This document shows positions 41,491 through 51,590 of a stretch of DNA of 64,000 bases, one piece after another. The position numbers and the translations under genes were made by a program. How positions within the stretch are numbered: position 1 is the stretch's first letter; every line of letters begins with the position of its first letter. Source of the DNA: a bacterium (lineage in GTDB: Bacteria > SM23-31); the NCBI GenBank assembly GCA_965249485.1, contig OZ252239.1, positions 3,072,001 to 3,136,000 of the forward strand. The letters are read 5' to 3'. The notes below the pieces were generated by a model. That model was not told where the DNA came from. It did no database searches and worked only from the letters and a program-made list of their open reading frames with translations.

Positions 41491-42231
41491 TCACTTAAAA
41501 ATATCAGATGTATTCTGAGCATCAAGTCGTATGGCTGTATTCTCCTGGACAGTTACATTGACCATCCACGAGTACTTTTTTATTAGATTACCCGAAAGTG
41601 CATAGATATGATACATTTCCGCCGGAATTCTCGTAACATCCTGATCGCCCGAAAGAATTAATAATGAATAGAGATAATAATCGCCATTTTCCAGTTTCGG
41701 AAATCTGAATTTCCCCTGACCATTAACCTGTGCTTTGAGCAGTAGTTTATTATCAATTAGCTGAGCAATAACACCGTTATAACCGTTTTGTCCATCAAGC
41801 AGTTCACTGCGGAAATTATTAAATATATTTTCTATTGAATCTCTCTCAGCAAAAACGGAATCAAGGTGAATTTTATTCTGTCTGTAAATCCGTGATGCAG
41901 GATCCGCATTGCCAAGTGTGACACGGAATATTATTTCTTCTTCCCGTGCAAGATCAATATACTCTTCTTTGAGAATTCTGTAATATGAAACAGAATCTTC
42001 AAGCGGAGCAACCTTCTTATCATAATATACAGAAAGAGAATCAAGGAATGGCTTAATTTCCGGCAATATCAGATAAATATTCATATCATGTACAGATTTG
42101 ATTACATTTTCACTCGCACCTTCAATTACCACCTCACCATCCAATGATCCCCATTTTGTACCATAATCGTAAATCGCAAATCCTAAAAATGCGATCATAA
42201 CAATGAGAATTATAGTTAACGTGACTTTCAT
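41491..42231 (-). CDS. Hypothetical membrane-anchored protein
   Basis: N-terminal TM helix, helical insert, then a transthyretin/carboxypeptidase-regulatory-like motif (GKFRFPKLENGDYYL). Confidence 0.6.
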   Translation of the reverse strand: MKVTLTIILIVMIAFLGFAIYDYGTKWGSLDGEVVIEGASENVIKSVHDMNIYLILPEIKPFLDSLSVYYDKKVAPLEDSVSYYRILKEEYIDLAREEEIIFRVTLGNADPASRIYRQNKIHLDSVFAERDSIENIFNNFRSELLDGQNGYNGVIAQLIDNKLLLKAQVNGQGKFRFPKLENGDYYLYSLLILSGDQDVTRIPAEMYHIYALSGNLIKKYSWMVNVTVQENTAIRLDAQNTSDIFK

Positions 42232-42362
42232 AGTATCAAGAGCGTGTTTGAAAAATGAATAGTTATGATAACCATACGTTGAGATGCTGCAATAATTTCA
42301 GTATAACAATTAAAACAGTTGTTTTTATGGCACTACTACATCAAGAACAATGTTCATTATGA

Positions 42363-43004
42363 TTATTCAATTTTATTGCTCTCAAATTGATGTAAAACTG
42401 ATTCAAATACAGAAAGTGACTGTTTTTTTAATTCATCAATAGTGTTGGTATTATGGATTACAAAATGTGATTTTTCGATTTTTTCATCCTGGACCATCTG
42501 AATATCCATTCCCTGCAAGAGAACATCTGCAACAATAGGGTCACGTATTCTAACTCGTTCTATCATTTGGTCTTTATCAGCAGCAACCGTTACGATAAAA
42601 TCGTATAGATTTTCAGTTCCGCTTTCAAAAATCAGTGCCGCATCGACTCCTATCATCTTATATATACCGCTTTGCGCTTTTTGATCAATGTCTTTCCAGT
42701 ACAGCTTCCGTAATTCAGGATGTATAATACGATTTAATTTTTCTGAACTTTTTTTACTTTGAAATACTATTTTTCTCAATTTTTCTCGGCTGATCCGCCC
42801 ATCGGTCCCGCAAATTTCAGTGCCGTACGCATCAATAACCTGCTGATGTAATGTATCATCGTTCCAGAGTAGCTCCGTTGCCCTGCGGTCAGCATCAATG
42901 ATGTAGGCACCTTGTTCCTCAAATATTTTTGCAACAGTAGATTTGCCACTTCCCATATTTCCGGTAATAGCAATAATCGGACAGGAGTACTTATAAATAT
43001 GCAT
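42363..43004 (-). CDS. coaE: Dephospho-CoA kinase
   Basis: ITGNMGSGKS, IDAD, IIHP, LIFE. Confidence 0.93.
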   Translation of the reverse strand: MHIYKYSCPIIAITGNMGSGKSTVAKIFEEQGAYIIDADRRATELLWNDDTLHQQVIDAYGTEICGTDGRISREKLRKIVFQSKKSSEKLNRIIHPELRKLYWKDIDQKAQSGIYKMIGVDAALIFESGTENLYDFIVTVAADKDQMIERVRIRDPIVADVLLQGMDIQMVQDEKIEKSHFVIHNTNTIDELKKQSLSVFESVLHQFESNKIE

Positions 43005-43015
43005 TGCGGTTGCGC

Positions 43016-44119
43016 CTATGTCGTTTCCAGAGTAAGATCGCCTGTTTCCGGTTCACCACTTTCTTCCATCCGGATACGAAGCTTCAGGTCGTTAGCACTA
43101 TCTGCGGCACGGATAGCAATATCATAGTCGATGATTTCGGATTTGTAGAGTTCATACAGGTGCTGATCGAACGTCTGCATTCCTTCATGGTTACTTGCAG
43201 ATATTACACTTTTTAATCCCGTGGTGTCTCCCTTATGAATGAGATCGCTGATACGGGGAGAACCGAGCATAATTTCCAGGACTCCTGCCCGTCCGTCACC
43301 ATTCAGTGTTTTAACAAGCCGTTGACAGATTACTCCTCGCAAGTTGAGAGAGAGCTGCATATAAATCTGCCGGTGTTCAGGAACCGGAAAGAAATTCAAT
43401 ATTCGCTCAAGTGTTTGATTGGCGTTGTTTGAGTGGAGCGTGCTTAAGACGAGATGCCCTGTTTCAGCAAAAGATATAGCAGCTTCCATTGTTTCTCTGT
43501 CCCGTATTTCTCCAATGAGCATAACATCGGGTGCTTGACGCAGTGCGCTTTTCAAAGCATCTTTGTACGATTTGGTATCCATGCCCACTTCGCGCTGCGT
43601 AACGATACTTTTTTTGTGCTGGTGGATAAACTCAAGGGGGTCTTCGATAGTAATGATATGCCCCGATTTTGTTCTGTTTCTGTAATCGACCATAGCAGCA
43701 AGTGTTGTCGATTTACCAGAGCCGGTCGCTCCAGTCACTAAAACAAGCCCCCGTGATTCAAGTGCTAGCTCTCCGAGTACTGCAGGGAGTTTTAAGTCTT
43801 CAAGCGAAAGAATGTCGAGTTTAATCTGCCGGATAACCATTGCAACAGAATTACGTTGTTTCATAATATTAACACGAAACCTGCCTATCCCAGGAAGGCT
43901 GTATGCAAGATTTTGCTCCAAACTAACTTCAAATTCTTGAGCCTGATCCTCTCTCATCAATCCGTTAGACATCTCAACAATTTGATCATTCGTCAGATCA
44001 TCTTTTCCGATTCTAACAAATTTTCCTTTTGCACTCAATGACGGAGGCGCACCAACGATCAGATAGAGATCGGATGCTTCCTGCTTTACCATTGTTTTGA
44101 GTAACGCATCAAGGTTCAT
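43016..44119 (-). CDS. pilU: Type IV pilus retraction ATPase, PilU-type
   Basis: ASDLYL, GATGSGKSTT, IEDPLE, ALRQAPD, GEIRD, GMQTFDQ; RISDLI replaces the PilT AIRNLIRE motif. Confidence 0.85.
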   Translation of the reverse strand: MNLDALLKTMVKQEASDLYLIVGAPPSLSAKGKFVRIGKDDLTNDQIVEMSNGLMREDQAQEFEVSLEQNLAYSLPGIGRFRVNIMKQRNSVAMVIRQIKLDILSLEDLKLPAVLGELALESRGLVLVTGATGSGKSTTLAAMVDYRNRTKSGHIITIEDPLEFIHQHKKSIVTQREVGMDTKSYKDALKSALRQAPDVMLIGEIRDRETMEAAISFAETGHLVLSTLHSNNANQTLERILNFFPVPEHRQIYMQLSLNLRGVICQRLVKTLNGDGRAGVLEIMLGSPRISDLIHKGDTTGLKSVISASNHEGMQTFDQHLYELYKSEIIDYDIAIRAADSANDLKLRIRMEESGEPETGDLTLETT

Positions 44120-44184
44120 TGGGTAACCTCACACCTGATTATCTTAAGTATTGAAGAAACATTTTCAATTTACGAATTACGATT

Positions 44185-45018
44185 TTATTGATCATTATTT
44201 ACCAATCGAATTAGTCCCTGCACATCGTAAACATAACTTTTCAAAGCCGGAAGTGTACTACGCAGAGTATCGCAAATTTGTGTTATATCCGGTTTGTCAA
44301 TGCCACAAGTTTGCAACATATCGCTATCGGAAAAAAGGGCTTCTTTTTCACCATCAAACTTGATCGTACCATCGTCAATTACTATGATCCTTTGTGCAAC
44401 CCGTACTATAAAATCGAGATTGTGTGATACAACACATACTGTCTTGCCATTTTCATGTAAATCTTTAATTATCTTTTCAACATCCTGCGCACTTTTAAAA
44501 TCGAGACCAATCGTCGGCTCATCAAACAATACAACTTCAGGTTTCATAGCAAGTACACCTGCGATTGCTACTTTTCTCCGTTCACCACTGCTTAAACTAT
44601 GTGGGGACCTGTTTTCAAATTCATTCGAGTCAAGACCAACCATTTCAAGAGATGCACGTGCTCTTTCAAGCAGCGCAGAGTTAGCATGGCCATTTTTGGG
44701 GATTCCAAACGACACATCATCGATGACAGTTTCTTCAAATATCTGCTTTTCAGGAAATTGAAAGACAATGCCAATTTTGGACCGGACAGCATTCCAGTCT
44801 TTTGCATTGAGCAGTGCAGTGCTGTCCATCGAGATTATACCGCTATCAGGATTTAACAATCCCGCGCATAGCTCAAGGACTGTCGATTTACCCGAGCCAG
44901 TTCTGCCGATAATCCCGACAAGTTCTCCCTGAGTAATTCTGAACGATATATCTGTTACAGCAGGAGTGCTATCGGTAGTATTATAAGAAAAATTTATTTT
45001 TTCAAGTTCAATATTCAT
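44185..45018 (-). CDS. ECF transporter ATPase (EcfA2)
   Basis: GRTGSGKS, VFQFPEKQIF, LSSGERRKVAIA, DEPT. Confidence 0.9.
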   Translation of the reverse strand: MNIELEKINFSYNTTDSTPAVTDISFRITQGELVGIIGRTGSGKSTVLELCAGLLNPDSGIISMDSTALLNAKDWNAVRSKIGIVFQFPEKQIFEETVIDDVSFGIPKNGHANSALLERARASLEMVGLDSNEFENRSPHSLSSGERRKVAIAGVLAMKPEVVLFDEPTIGLDFKSAQDVEKIIKDLHENGKTVCVVSHNLDFIVRVAQRIIVIDDGTIKFDGEKEALFSDSDMLQTCGIDKPDITQICDTLRSTLPALKSYVYDVQGLIRLVNNDQ

Positions 45019-45036
45019 GTATTTGAATCTACTTAT

Positions 45037-45855
45037 TTATGAATAATTAAACAGTGTCTCTGGCAACTGAATTTCAGGACATGCTTTTTTTAGCCGGTAT
45101 TCAACTGGAATCTCAACACCTATTTCTCGTAGCAATTCCTGCTTCTCACTGAAAATAAATTCTGGAATACCATCAGCGACTATGCTTCCCTGATTCAAAA
45201 CCACAACTCTATCACATTGGACTGCTTCTCTTGAAAACTGAGTTATCAATATGACAGAAAATCCCTCCCGCTTCTGCTCCCCAATCTCTTTTTGTAACTG
45301 AGTAAATATTGATTTCCTGTCAAGACTATCGAGAAACGAAGTCGGTTCGTCAAGGATAAGATACTTCGGATTAGCCACCAACACAGAAGCTAGTGCTAAT
45401 TTCTGCTTTTGTCCACCAGAAAGCTGAAATGGAGACCTGTTCTTTAATCCGGAATAGTTAAATTCTTCTAAAATCCGGTTTACACGCCTGACAATTTCTG
45501 ACCGGGGAACACCTCTATTCTCAAGCCCAAATGCAATTTCCCTCTCAACAAAATTAGTTACGAGTTGATCATCAGGATTCTGGAATACAATTCCTATAAG
45601 ATCATAGAGCGATCGGGAGCGCAGCAGTACATTAATATCCGTATTATCTATTGAAATTGAACCGGACTGTGCTAAATGTAATCCAGACATTGCCAACGCT
45701 AAAGTCGATTTTCCCGAACCGTTCGGACCTATGATCGCAGTAAATTCTGCTTCTTTAATATCAATTGATACATTGCTGATCGCTTGGAAAGAATTATTCG
45801 GATCGAGAGGGTATGAAACATTGATATTATGACAATTAATCATCGGGATTGCCAA
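45037..45855 (-). CDS. ECF transporter ATPase (EcfA1)
   Basis: GPNGSGKS, FQNPDDQ, LSGGQKQK, DEPT. Confidence 0.9.
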   Translation of the reverse strand: MAIPMINCHNINVSYPLDPNNSFQAISNVSIDIKEAEFTAIIGPNGSGKSTLALAMSGLHLAQSGSISIDNTDINVLLRSRSLYDLIGIVFQNPDDQLVTNFVEREIAFGLENRGVPRSEIVRRVNRILEEFNYSGLKNRSPFQLSGGQKQKLALASVLVANPKYLILDEPTSFLDSLDRKSIFTQLQKEIGEQKREGFSVILITQFSREAVQCDRVVVLNQGSIVADGIPEFIFSEKQELLREIGVEIPVEYRLKKACPEIQLPETLFNYS

Positions 45856-47002
45856 TCCGCTTTATTACATCATAAACATATTTTAAGGGTATATTCTCTT
45901 TTTCTGCAACTTTTTTACACTCTTCATATTCCGGAGAAGTATGCTTCTTTCCATTATAGAAATAAGATTTTACTTTCAGCATACCCCATGGAGTTTGTAC
46001 TTTTTCGATTTCACGTACAAGTTTTGTTCTGTCGGTATCATGATACCGAATGCCCAATGAAGTTGTCTCTTGAAAAATCACATCCATACATGTATCGAGA
46101 TAACTCCTTTCGAGTACAACTGTAATTTTCTGACCGGGCCGACCCTTTTTCATAATAATTGGTGTCAGAAACACATCCACCGCACCCTTTTTGAACAACT
46201 TTTCCATAATATACGGAAACATTTCCGGATTCAAATCATCAACATTAGATTCAGCGACAATCATTTTATCCTGTTCAAAATCTGCATCTGTTTCACATAT
46301 GATAATTCTAAATACATTGGGGAAATTTTTATCGTCTCTGTCACCTGCACCGTATCCGGTTCCGGTTATTCGCATTGTTGGTAATGCAGCACTGTATTGT
46401 GCAAGCGTTGTAACAAGAGCCGCACCAGTCGGTGTCGTCAACTCTGCTCCAATCTCTTTTTTTGTGACGGGAAATCCTTTAACGAGTTCCAGTGTTGCAG
46501 GTGCCGGGACAGGAATTGTACCATGTTCACATTCGACCGATCCTGAACCAAGGCAAATTTCAGAGCAATAACAGGCTTCTATCCCTAATTGCTCAAGCCC
46601 CCATACTGATCCGATGATATCAATGATTGAATCAGCCGCGCCAACTTCATGGAAATGAATTTTTTCTAAAGGAATCTGGTGAATTGTGCTTTCTGCTTCA
46701 GAAATTCTCCTGCAAATATTTTTCGATTTTTCACGTGTAGACTCTGACAAATCTCCGGATTCTATTATTGCTATGATGTCTTTTAGATGTCTGTGCTTTT
46801 TCTGTTCAGTAACGGTTAACTTGAAGTCTGTAGCACCAATTCCCTTCTTAGTTATTCTTTTTGCATCTATGGACACTCCATTGATTCCAAGGGATCTTAC
46901 CATATCTTTTAAAGATTTTATGTCGAGCCCACAGTCTACCAGTGCGCCGAGCATCATGTCACCGCTGATTCCGGCAAAACAGTCAAAATAAGCTATTTTC
47001 AT
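45836..47002 (-). CDS. larC: Nickel pincer cofactor biosynthesis protein LarC
   Basis: DCFAGISGDM, HFHEVGA.D, PVPAPAT, TPTGAA, MKKGRPG, PEYEEC. Confidence 0.93.
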   Translation of the reverse strand: MKIAYFDCFAGISGDMMLGALVDCGLDIKSLKDMVRSLGINGVSIDAKRITKKGIGATDFKLTVTEQKKHRHLKDIIAIIESGDLSESTREKSKNICRRISEAESTIHQIPLEKIHFHEVGAADSIIDIIGSVWGLEQLGIEACYCSEICLGSGSVECEHGTIPVPAPATLELVKGFPVTKKEIGAELTTPTGAALVTTLAQYSAALPTMRITGTGYGAGDRDDKNFPNVFRIIICETDADFEQDKMIVAESNVDDLNPEMFPYIMEKLFKKGAVDVFLTPIIMKKGRPGQKITVVLERSYLDTCMDVIFQETTSLGIRYHDTDRTKLVREIEKVQTPWGMLKVKSYFYNGKKHTSPEYEECKKVAEKENIPLKYVYDVIKRIGNPDD

Positions 47003-47041
47003 CAGATATTATATTATTTGTTTGTTACTATAATGCACTAA

Positions 47042-47060
47042 CGGCGGTATAAAACCGCCG
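47042..47060. terminator. GC-rich hairpin, possible terminator of the upstream signalling cluster
   Basis: CGGCGGT-ataaa-ACCGCCG; no clear U-tract. Confidence 0.4.
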
Positions 47061-47164
47061 CTATTTCAATGGAGAACTTTTGTAATAAAAATCTGCTCCA
47101 CACTATTTAAAAATGATTAAGTGTTTTCAAAAACATCACATTGTATGATTTATAAATGTGATTC

Positions 47165-48508
47165 TTAGGATTTTACGAACTTCCATAAACTTACCTGGGC
47201 TTTGCTCACAAGGTCTTCAAAGGTTGTACCATCCATAGGAAAATCAGCATAGCCATAATCCAATAGAATACCATTTTTCTTAATAAATTTATCGGTCTCA
47301 ACGACTTTCTTGATTTTTGCGGCAATAGTCTCGGTTGTAATCTTTGTTTTTCCCTGAAGTACAACCATAAAGGAATCCATGCCAATTTTTACAGCAGAAT
47401 CAATCGGTGTTATCATATTTTTAATATGGTCAAAAACATGATCCCCAATACTGAAAATCTTTATTCCATAGTTAGATTTATCTTTTAGATAAAGCTTGAA
47501 TATAAGAACACTTAATGTTCCTCTATACTGACCGGCTTTTCTAATCGTTTCCATCAGTTCGCTTCTGCCTCCAGACATCGGATCAGTAATGAGCAATTTC
47601 CGTTCGACATTGTATTGCCCAAGCCGGATCATGGGTGCAATTTGAACTGACATAACCTCGAGTAGCTTTAATTTTTCAAGGTCACTCTGGTCTGATTCAT
47701 CAAGCTGATGAATTGTAATAAGCCCAACAAGATGATTCTGTGCATTAAGGGGTATAACACAAAAATTCTTTATTTTTTTCTTGTCTGAATCAGCAATTGC
47801 TTTTGAAAATATTGCATCTTTTTTGTAATCAGAAACATGGACAACTTCATTATCTCGAATAGCTTGTCCTATAATTCCTTTTTTCCATTGAATTTTAAAA
47901 TTTGTTGTCGATTTCTTTGTGAAGCCGACACTATCTTTTACAAAAAATTCCTCTTTCTCTTCATCGTGTATCAAAAGCATTGCCAGATTAATATCAAGGC
48001 TTGCTTCAATAGTACCTAATGCAAAGTTAATAATTTCATCCATTTCTTCACTTGAGTTTATGATTTTACTTATCTCATAAAGTGTTGTTAAATCTGCTAA
48101 AGCTTTTTCAACTTTACGAGATAATTCGAGGTTTTGCTTTTTTAATCTTATTTTTTCAATCGCTTTATTTACTGTTATGACTATTTCAGAGACATTAAAC
48201 GGTTTATGAATATAGTTATAGACACCATGTTTCATTGCTTCAATTGCAGATTCGATACTGGAATGACCAGTAATGACAATTACTTCACAATCCACCGAAA
48301 CTTTGTGTGCAGCTTTAACAATATCGAGCCCGGAAAACTTAGGCATCTGAAGATCCGTTATAATAACATCATAATATTCTGACTGAATTCGCTTCAGTGC
48401 CTTTTCAGGATTTTGAAAGGTGTCGACTGAATATCCTTCTTCAGTGAGCACTTCATTCAAAATTTCTGTAACTCCTACCTCATCATCAATAACCAGAATT
48501 TTTTCCAT
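47165..48508 (-). CDS. Response regulator: REC-GAF-degenerate GGDEF
   Basis: ILVIDDE, TDLQMP, KPF; GAF domain; GGDEF-like fold with GMDSF at the signature position and G.A.FP.DG...DL...A C-terminus. Confidence 0.82.
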   Translation of the reverse strand: MEKILVIDDEVGVTEILNEVLTEEGYSVDTFQNPEKALKRIQSEYYDVIITDLQMPKFSGLDIVKAAHKVSVDCEVIVITGHSSIESAIEAMKHGVYNYIHKPFNVSEIVITVNKAIEKIRLKKQNLELSRKVEKALADLTTLYEISKIINSSEEMDEIINFALGTIEASLDINLAMLLIHDEEKEEFFVKDSVGFTKKSTTNFKIQWKKGIIGQAIRDNEVVHVSDYKKDAIFSKAIADSDKKKIKNFCVIPLNAQNHLVGLITIHQLDESDQSDLEKLKLLEVMSVQIAPMIRLGQYNVERKLLITDPMSGGRSELMETIRKAGQYRGTLSVLIFKLYLKDKSNYGIKIFSIGDHVFDHIKNMITPIDSAVKIGMDSFMVVLQGKTKITTETIAAKIKKVVETDKFIKKNGILLDYGYADFPMDGTTFEDLVSKAQVSLWKFVKS

Positions 48509-48583
48509 GGAGACTGCTCCTCATTTTGTGCAGTATAAAACGCTTAAATATTGAATGCGGAAAATTTCAAATGGTAGGGCTCA

Positions 48584-50222
48584 TTACGCAAATTTTGACT
48601 GGGAATTTATTTTCATTTCACCACCTCTGGAAAAGACATGAACCTGCTTATAGGTAAACTCTGTTTTCAGTTTACTCTGGTCTATACTCACCAAAACATT
48701 TCTAAAAACTGTATCTGCTGAAATTTTTTTCAGATTTTCACTCACCATAACCTTGAACTCTTTTTGGAGCTCTTCTTTCTTTTTAATAACTTCATTTTTC
48801 TTTTCTCGGAATTTCTTGAGCTTAATTAATAACTCCTTAAGCTGCTTTTGTTTGGATTCCGGAAATTTCGGCAGTTTTCTCTTCAAAACTTCGATAAATT
48901 CAATTTCTTTGACAAGGCTATTTTCGGCTTTTGTTAGGTACTCTTCGTCACGCTCGATAATGAGCATCTTTTCATACAATTCTCCTTCGACACGGCCGCC
49001 GACTTTTACCTCTGCCAACAAATTACTTGCAGAACCAATTGTTTTGGCTTCTATTGCCTTTTCCGCGTAAAGTTTCCCTCCGATTATTGAACCACGGCCT
49101 TCATTGGCTTTTATCTCATTATCCGCACTAATAATAGAATTCATGATATACTCACCGACAGTAACATCATTCCCAGCTTCAATTGTAGCCTCATTAATGA
49201 ATTCCGCCCGGACATCTTTAGCTGCAAGTATTCTGGCTTTTTCCTGGCCAACAACGCCTCGTCCAATAACAACACTCCCTTTAGTCGATATCAATTCTGC
49301 TCCTTCAACAACACCTCTAACCCTGATATCTCCTTCTGTTTTCACTTTAAAACCAGTAAGTACATCGCCGGATACTGCAACGTCTCCAGTAAATTCAATA
49401 TTACCAGTTGTAAAATCGACGTCGCCGTGGATTGCCAGAATGTTTTCAATACTGAGTCGTTCCTTCTCTTGAATTATTCTGCCACTTAAAGAAGCGTATA
49501 ACGACAAACCATCGTCAGATATGTAAGTGTTTTTTCCAAGAGGAAGTTTATTATCTTTACCTGTTGAGTCGATCTCCTCATCAAATACACTTCTACCATC
49601 TTTGCCCTTTGTCGCAGGAATTTTAACTGCAAGAAGCTGGTCTTTTTCAACCGTTTTCAGTGAACTGATCTGGTGAAAATCGACGCTGCCATCTTCTTTG
49701 ACTAACGGTTCGCTGCTGACTTCAGTGTCAACTTCAAGAACAATTTGTGCCTCTTCACCAATGATGGCTTCATCACCCCGGGCAATAACTTCTTTTTCAA
49801 CAAATATTTTGTTACGAATTATCTGTTTGATTTTTTCAGTATCAATTTTGTATGTCACTCCGGCTTCAAGAATTTTGTGCAGAATATCTCTCTCAGTAAG
49901 TTCCTGATCATCTGTAGGCGGGAAAGTTACATCCATGTACGCTTCAAGACCGTCACGTGAAACGGTTATACGGATGAACTCATTTTTAATCAGGATGATA
50001 TTCAACTAAGGAATCAGCTACTTTTACCGGCTTCTCAAGGCTCTTTTTGTAAAGATCGATAATTTTGCTATAGGGCGCTTCAAGGACGCCCAGTTGCAAA
50101 AGTTTTTGTTCAAGAGTGGAAACATCAAGATTATCAACATGTTCGGCTTTTACAACGTAAATACCGTCGTCTTCAACTTTAAGGCCTAATTTTTCGAGTT
50201 CTATTTCGCTAACGTAATCCAT
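48584..50222 (-). pseudogene. FapA/DUF342-family protein split by a one-base insertion near 49988
   Basis: ORFs 49986-50222 and 48584-50005 overlap. Removing one T from cct gat t aaa aat gag gives YHPDKNEFIRITVS. DUF342 motifs DGSVDF, GDVDFTTGNIEF.GDV, IIGG. Confidence 0.75.
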
Positions 50223-50329
50223 ACAATGAAAGGGAAATTAGTGATAAATATTTATTATAAAGCGAGTAATATTGGCGTTAAGGTGATTTTCTTGAAAGCT
50301 ATTCATTCAGAGAAGTAATTGCAGTTAAC

Positions 50330-50923
50330 TTACGACTCATCATTTTCCGCGGTTTCAGTTTGGTAATCACCATCCCGGGAAATTTCGGAATCTTCTTTGA
50401 TGGATACAATATCTGCCTGTATACCTTCTTGAAATTCTTCACTATCTTCAGACTGCATAGGTCCGATATCGACTTCTTCCTCTTTGACATCAGCAGACTG
50501 ATCCGTTAAAGATTCATTATCTGAATCTGGATTTGCCATTACATTTTCACTTTCAACACCAGTGCTGCTGTAATCTTCATTTGAATTATAACTGGTTTCT
50601 TCTATATTTTCTGGTGCAATATTTTGTAGAGGCATCCCGTCTCTATCATCATCGTCATCTGATTGTTTTTGATACTCCAGCTGAATAGTAGCAGTTCTAC
50701 CACATTTACACTCAATTTCAATATTATCAATCACACCATCTTTTTTAAACAATTTCAGGATAAAAGATTCGCTCTCGATTACTTGTTTCTGACCGACAAG
50801 CTCAATATCATCCTTAACTGTCAGTTCATCATTTTTGATAACTGATTTTAAAGTACCTTCTTCATCATCATCTCTATCATCAGTACCGAAATCAAATATA
50901 TCGACAAAATCGTCTTTAGCCAT
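50330..50923 (-). CDS. Hypothetical acidic protein with IEIECKCG motif
   Basis: 197-aa ORF; small CxCG-containing domain flanked by Asp/Glu-rich low-complexity segments. Confidence 0.6.
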   Translation of the reverse strand: MAKDDFVDIFDFGTDDRDDDEEGTLKSVIKNDELTVKDDIELVGQKQVIESESFILKLFKKDGVIDNIEIECKCGRTATIQLEYQKQSDDDDDRDGMPLQNIAPENIEETSYNSNEDYSSTGVESENVMANPDSDNESLTDQSADVKEEEVDIGPMQSEDSEEFQEGIQADIVSIKEDSEISRDGDYQTETAENDES

Positions 50924-51220
50924 ATTTATTCTATCTCTTTGAAATTTGCTCAGTTTTAAATATATAGTTAAACGATTCTAAAATCAAGAAAAAACACCTG
51001 TCAAAATAAGTGTAAACATACTTCACCAATAATATCGTCCATTCTTAAGAGTAAAGTTATTAATTTACCGATTTTACATTGGGAAACTCATGGCAATCAT
51101 ATAAATCTTTTCAATAAATTTAATGCGAAACTATTACCTATTCTTTAAGTATTGAATGATTTATAAATATTACATGTTGATAACTTTACCTGCCAACACC
51201 TCGCACGTGCCAATAAACTC

Positions 51221-51249
51221 TTGACATATATAGTGTACATTTGTATATT
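51221..51249 (+). promoter_or_regulatory. Sigma70-type promoter P1 upstream of nrdJ
   Basis: TTGACA (51221-26), 17-nt spacer, TATATT (51244-49); overlapped by a partial NrdR-box-like ATATATAGTGT. Confidence 0.6.
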
Positions 51250-51265
51250 ATATTATATAAACATA

Positions 51266-51305
51266 AAAGAATTATGTTCATTTGTTAATGTGAACATAAT
51301 TCTTT
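51266..51305. repeat. Perfect 15-bp inverted repeat with 10-nt spacer
   Basis: AAAGAATTATGTTCA-tttgttaatg-TGAACATAATTCTTT. Confidence 0.85.
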
Positions 51306-51346
51306 CGTATTTATTCAATTTTATAACTGGTGAAATCCATGCGACA

Positions 51347-51378
51347 TTATCCACATATAATCCACAACATTATCAACA
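51347..51378 (+). promoter_or_regulatory. Three phased DnaA-box-like 9-mers
   Basis: TTATCCACA 51347-55, TAATCCACA 51358-66, TTATCAACA 51370-78 (11 and 12 bp apart). Confidence 0.65.
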
Positions 51379-51418
51379 TATAGTATGGAGCTATGACATT
51401 TACACCTACATATTGATT
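51371..51418. promoter_or_regulatory. Tandem NrdR boxes
   Basis: tatCaAcATATaGtat (51371-86) and cacCtAcATATtGatt (51403-18), 32 bp apart, upstream of a ribonucleotide reductase. Confidence 0.8.
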
Positions 51419-51424
51419 TTTTTC

Positions 51425-51453
51425 TTGACAAACAATATTAATGGGAGTATATT
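51425..51453 (+). promoter_or_regulatory. Sigma70-type promoter P2 of nrdJ
   Basis: TTGACA (51425-30), 17-nt spacer, TATATT (51448-53), immediately after the NrdR boxes. Confidence 0.7.
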
Positions 51454-51544
51454 GCACACTCAAAATAGAAATAAAAGATGTCTTAGAAGGGCGTATTTGC
51501 CGTTATCCGTGGTGACTTTATATAGAATTATTTTTCACTTATAA

Positions 51545-51590
51545 ATATCCACAAATATTGAAGAGTTTTCGGAGATAACTTTGTGTATAA
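51545..51590. promoter_or_regulatory. Convergent DnaA-box-like pair
   Basis: ATATCCACA 51545-53 and TGTGTATAA 51582-90 (reverse TTATACACA). Confidence 0.55.

Noticed and set aside
51221..51544. 107-aa plus-strand ORF
   Set aside because: AT-rich, no SD, and it coincides with the promoters and DnaA/NrdR motifs.
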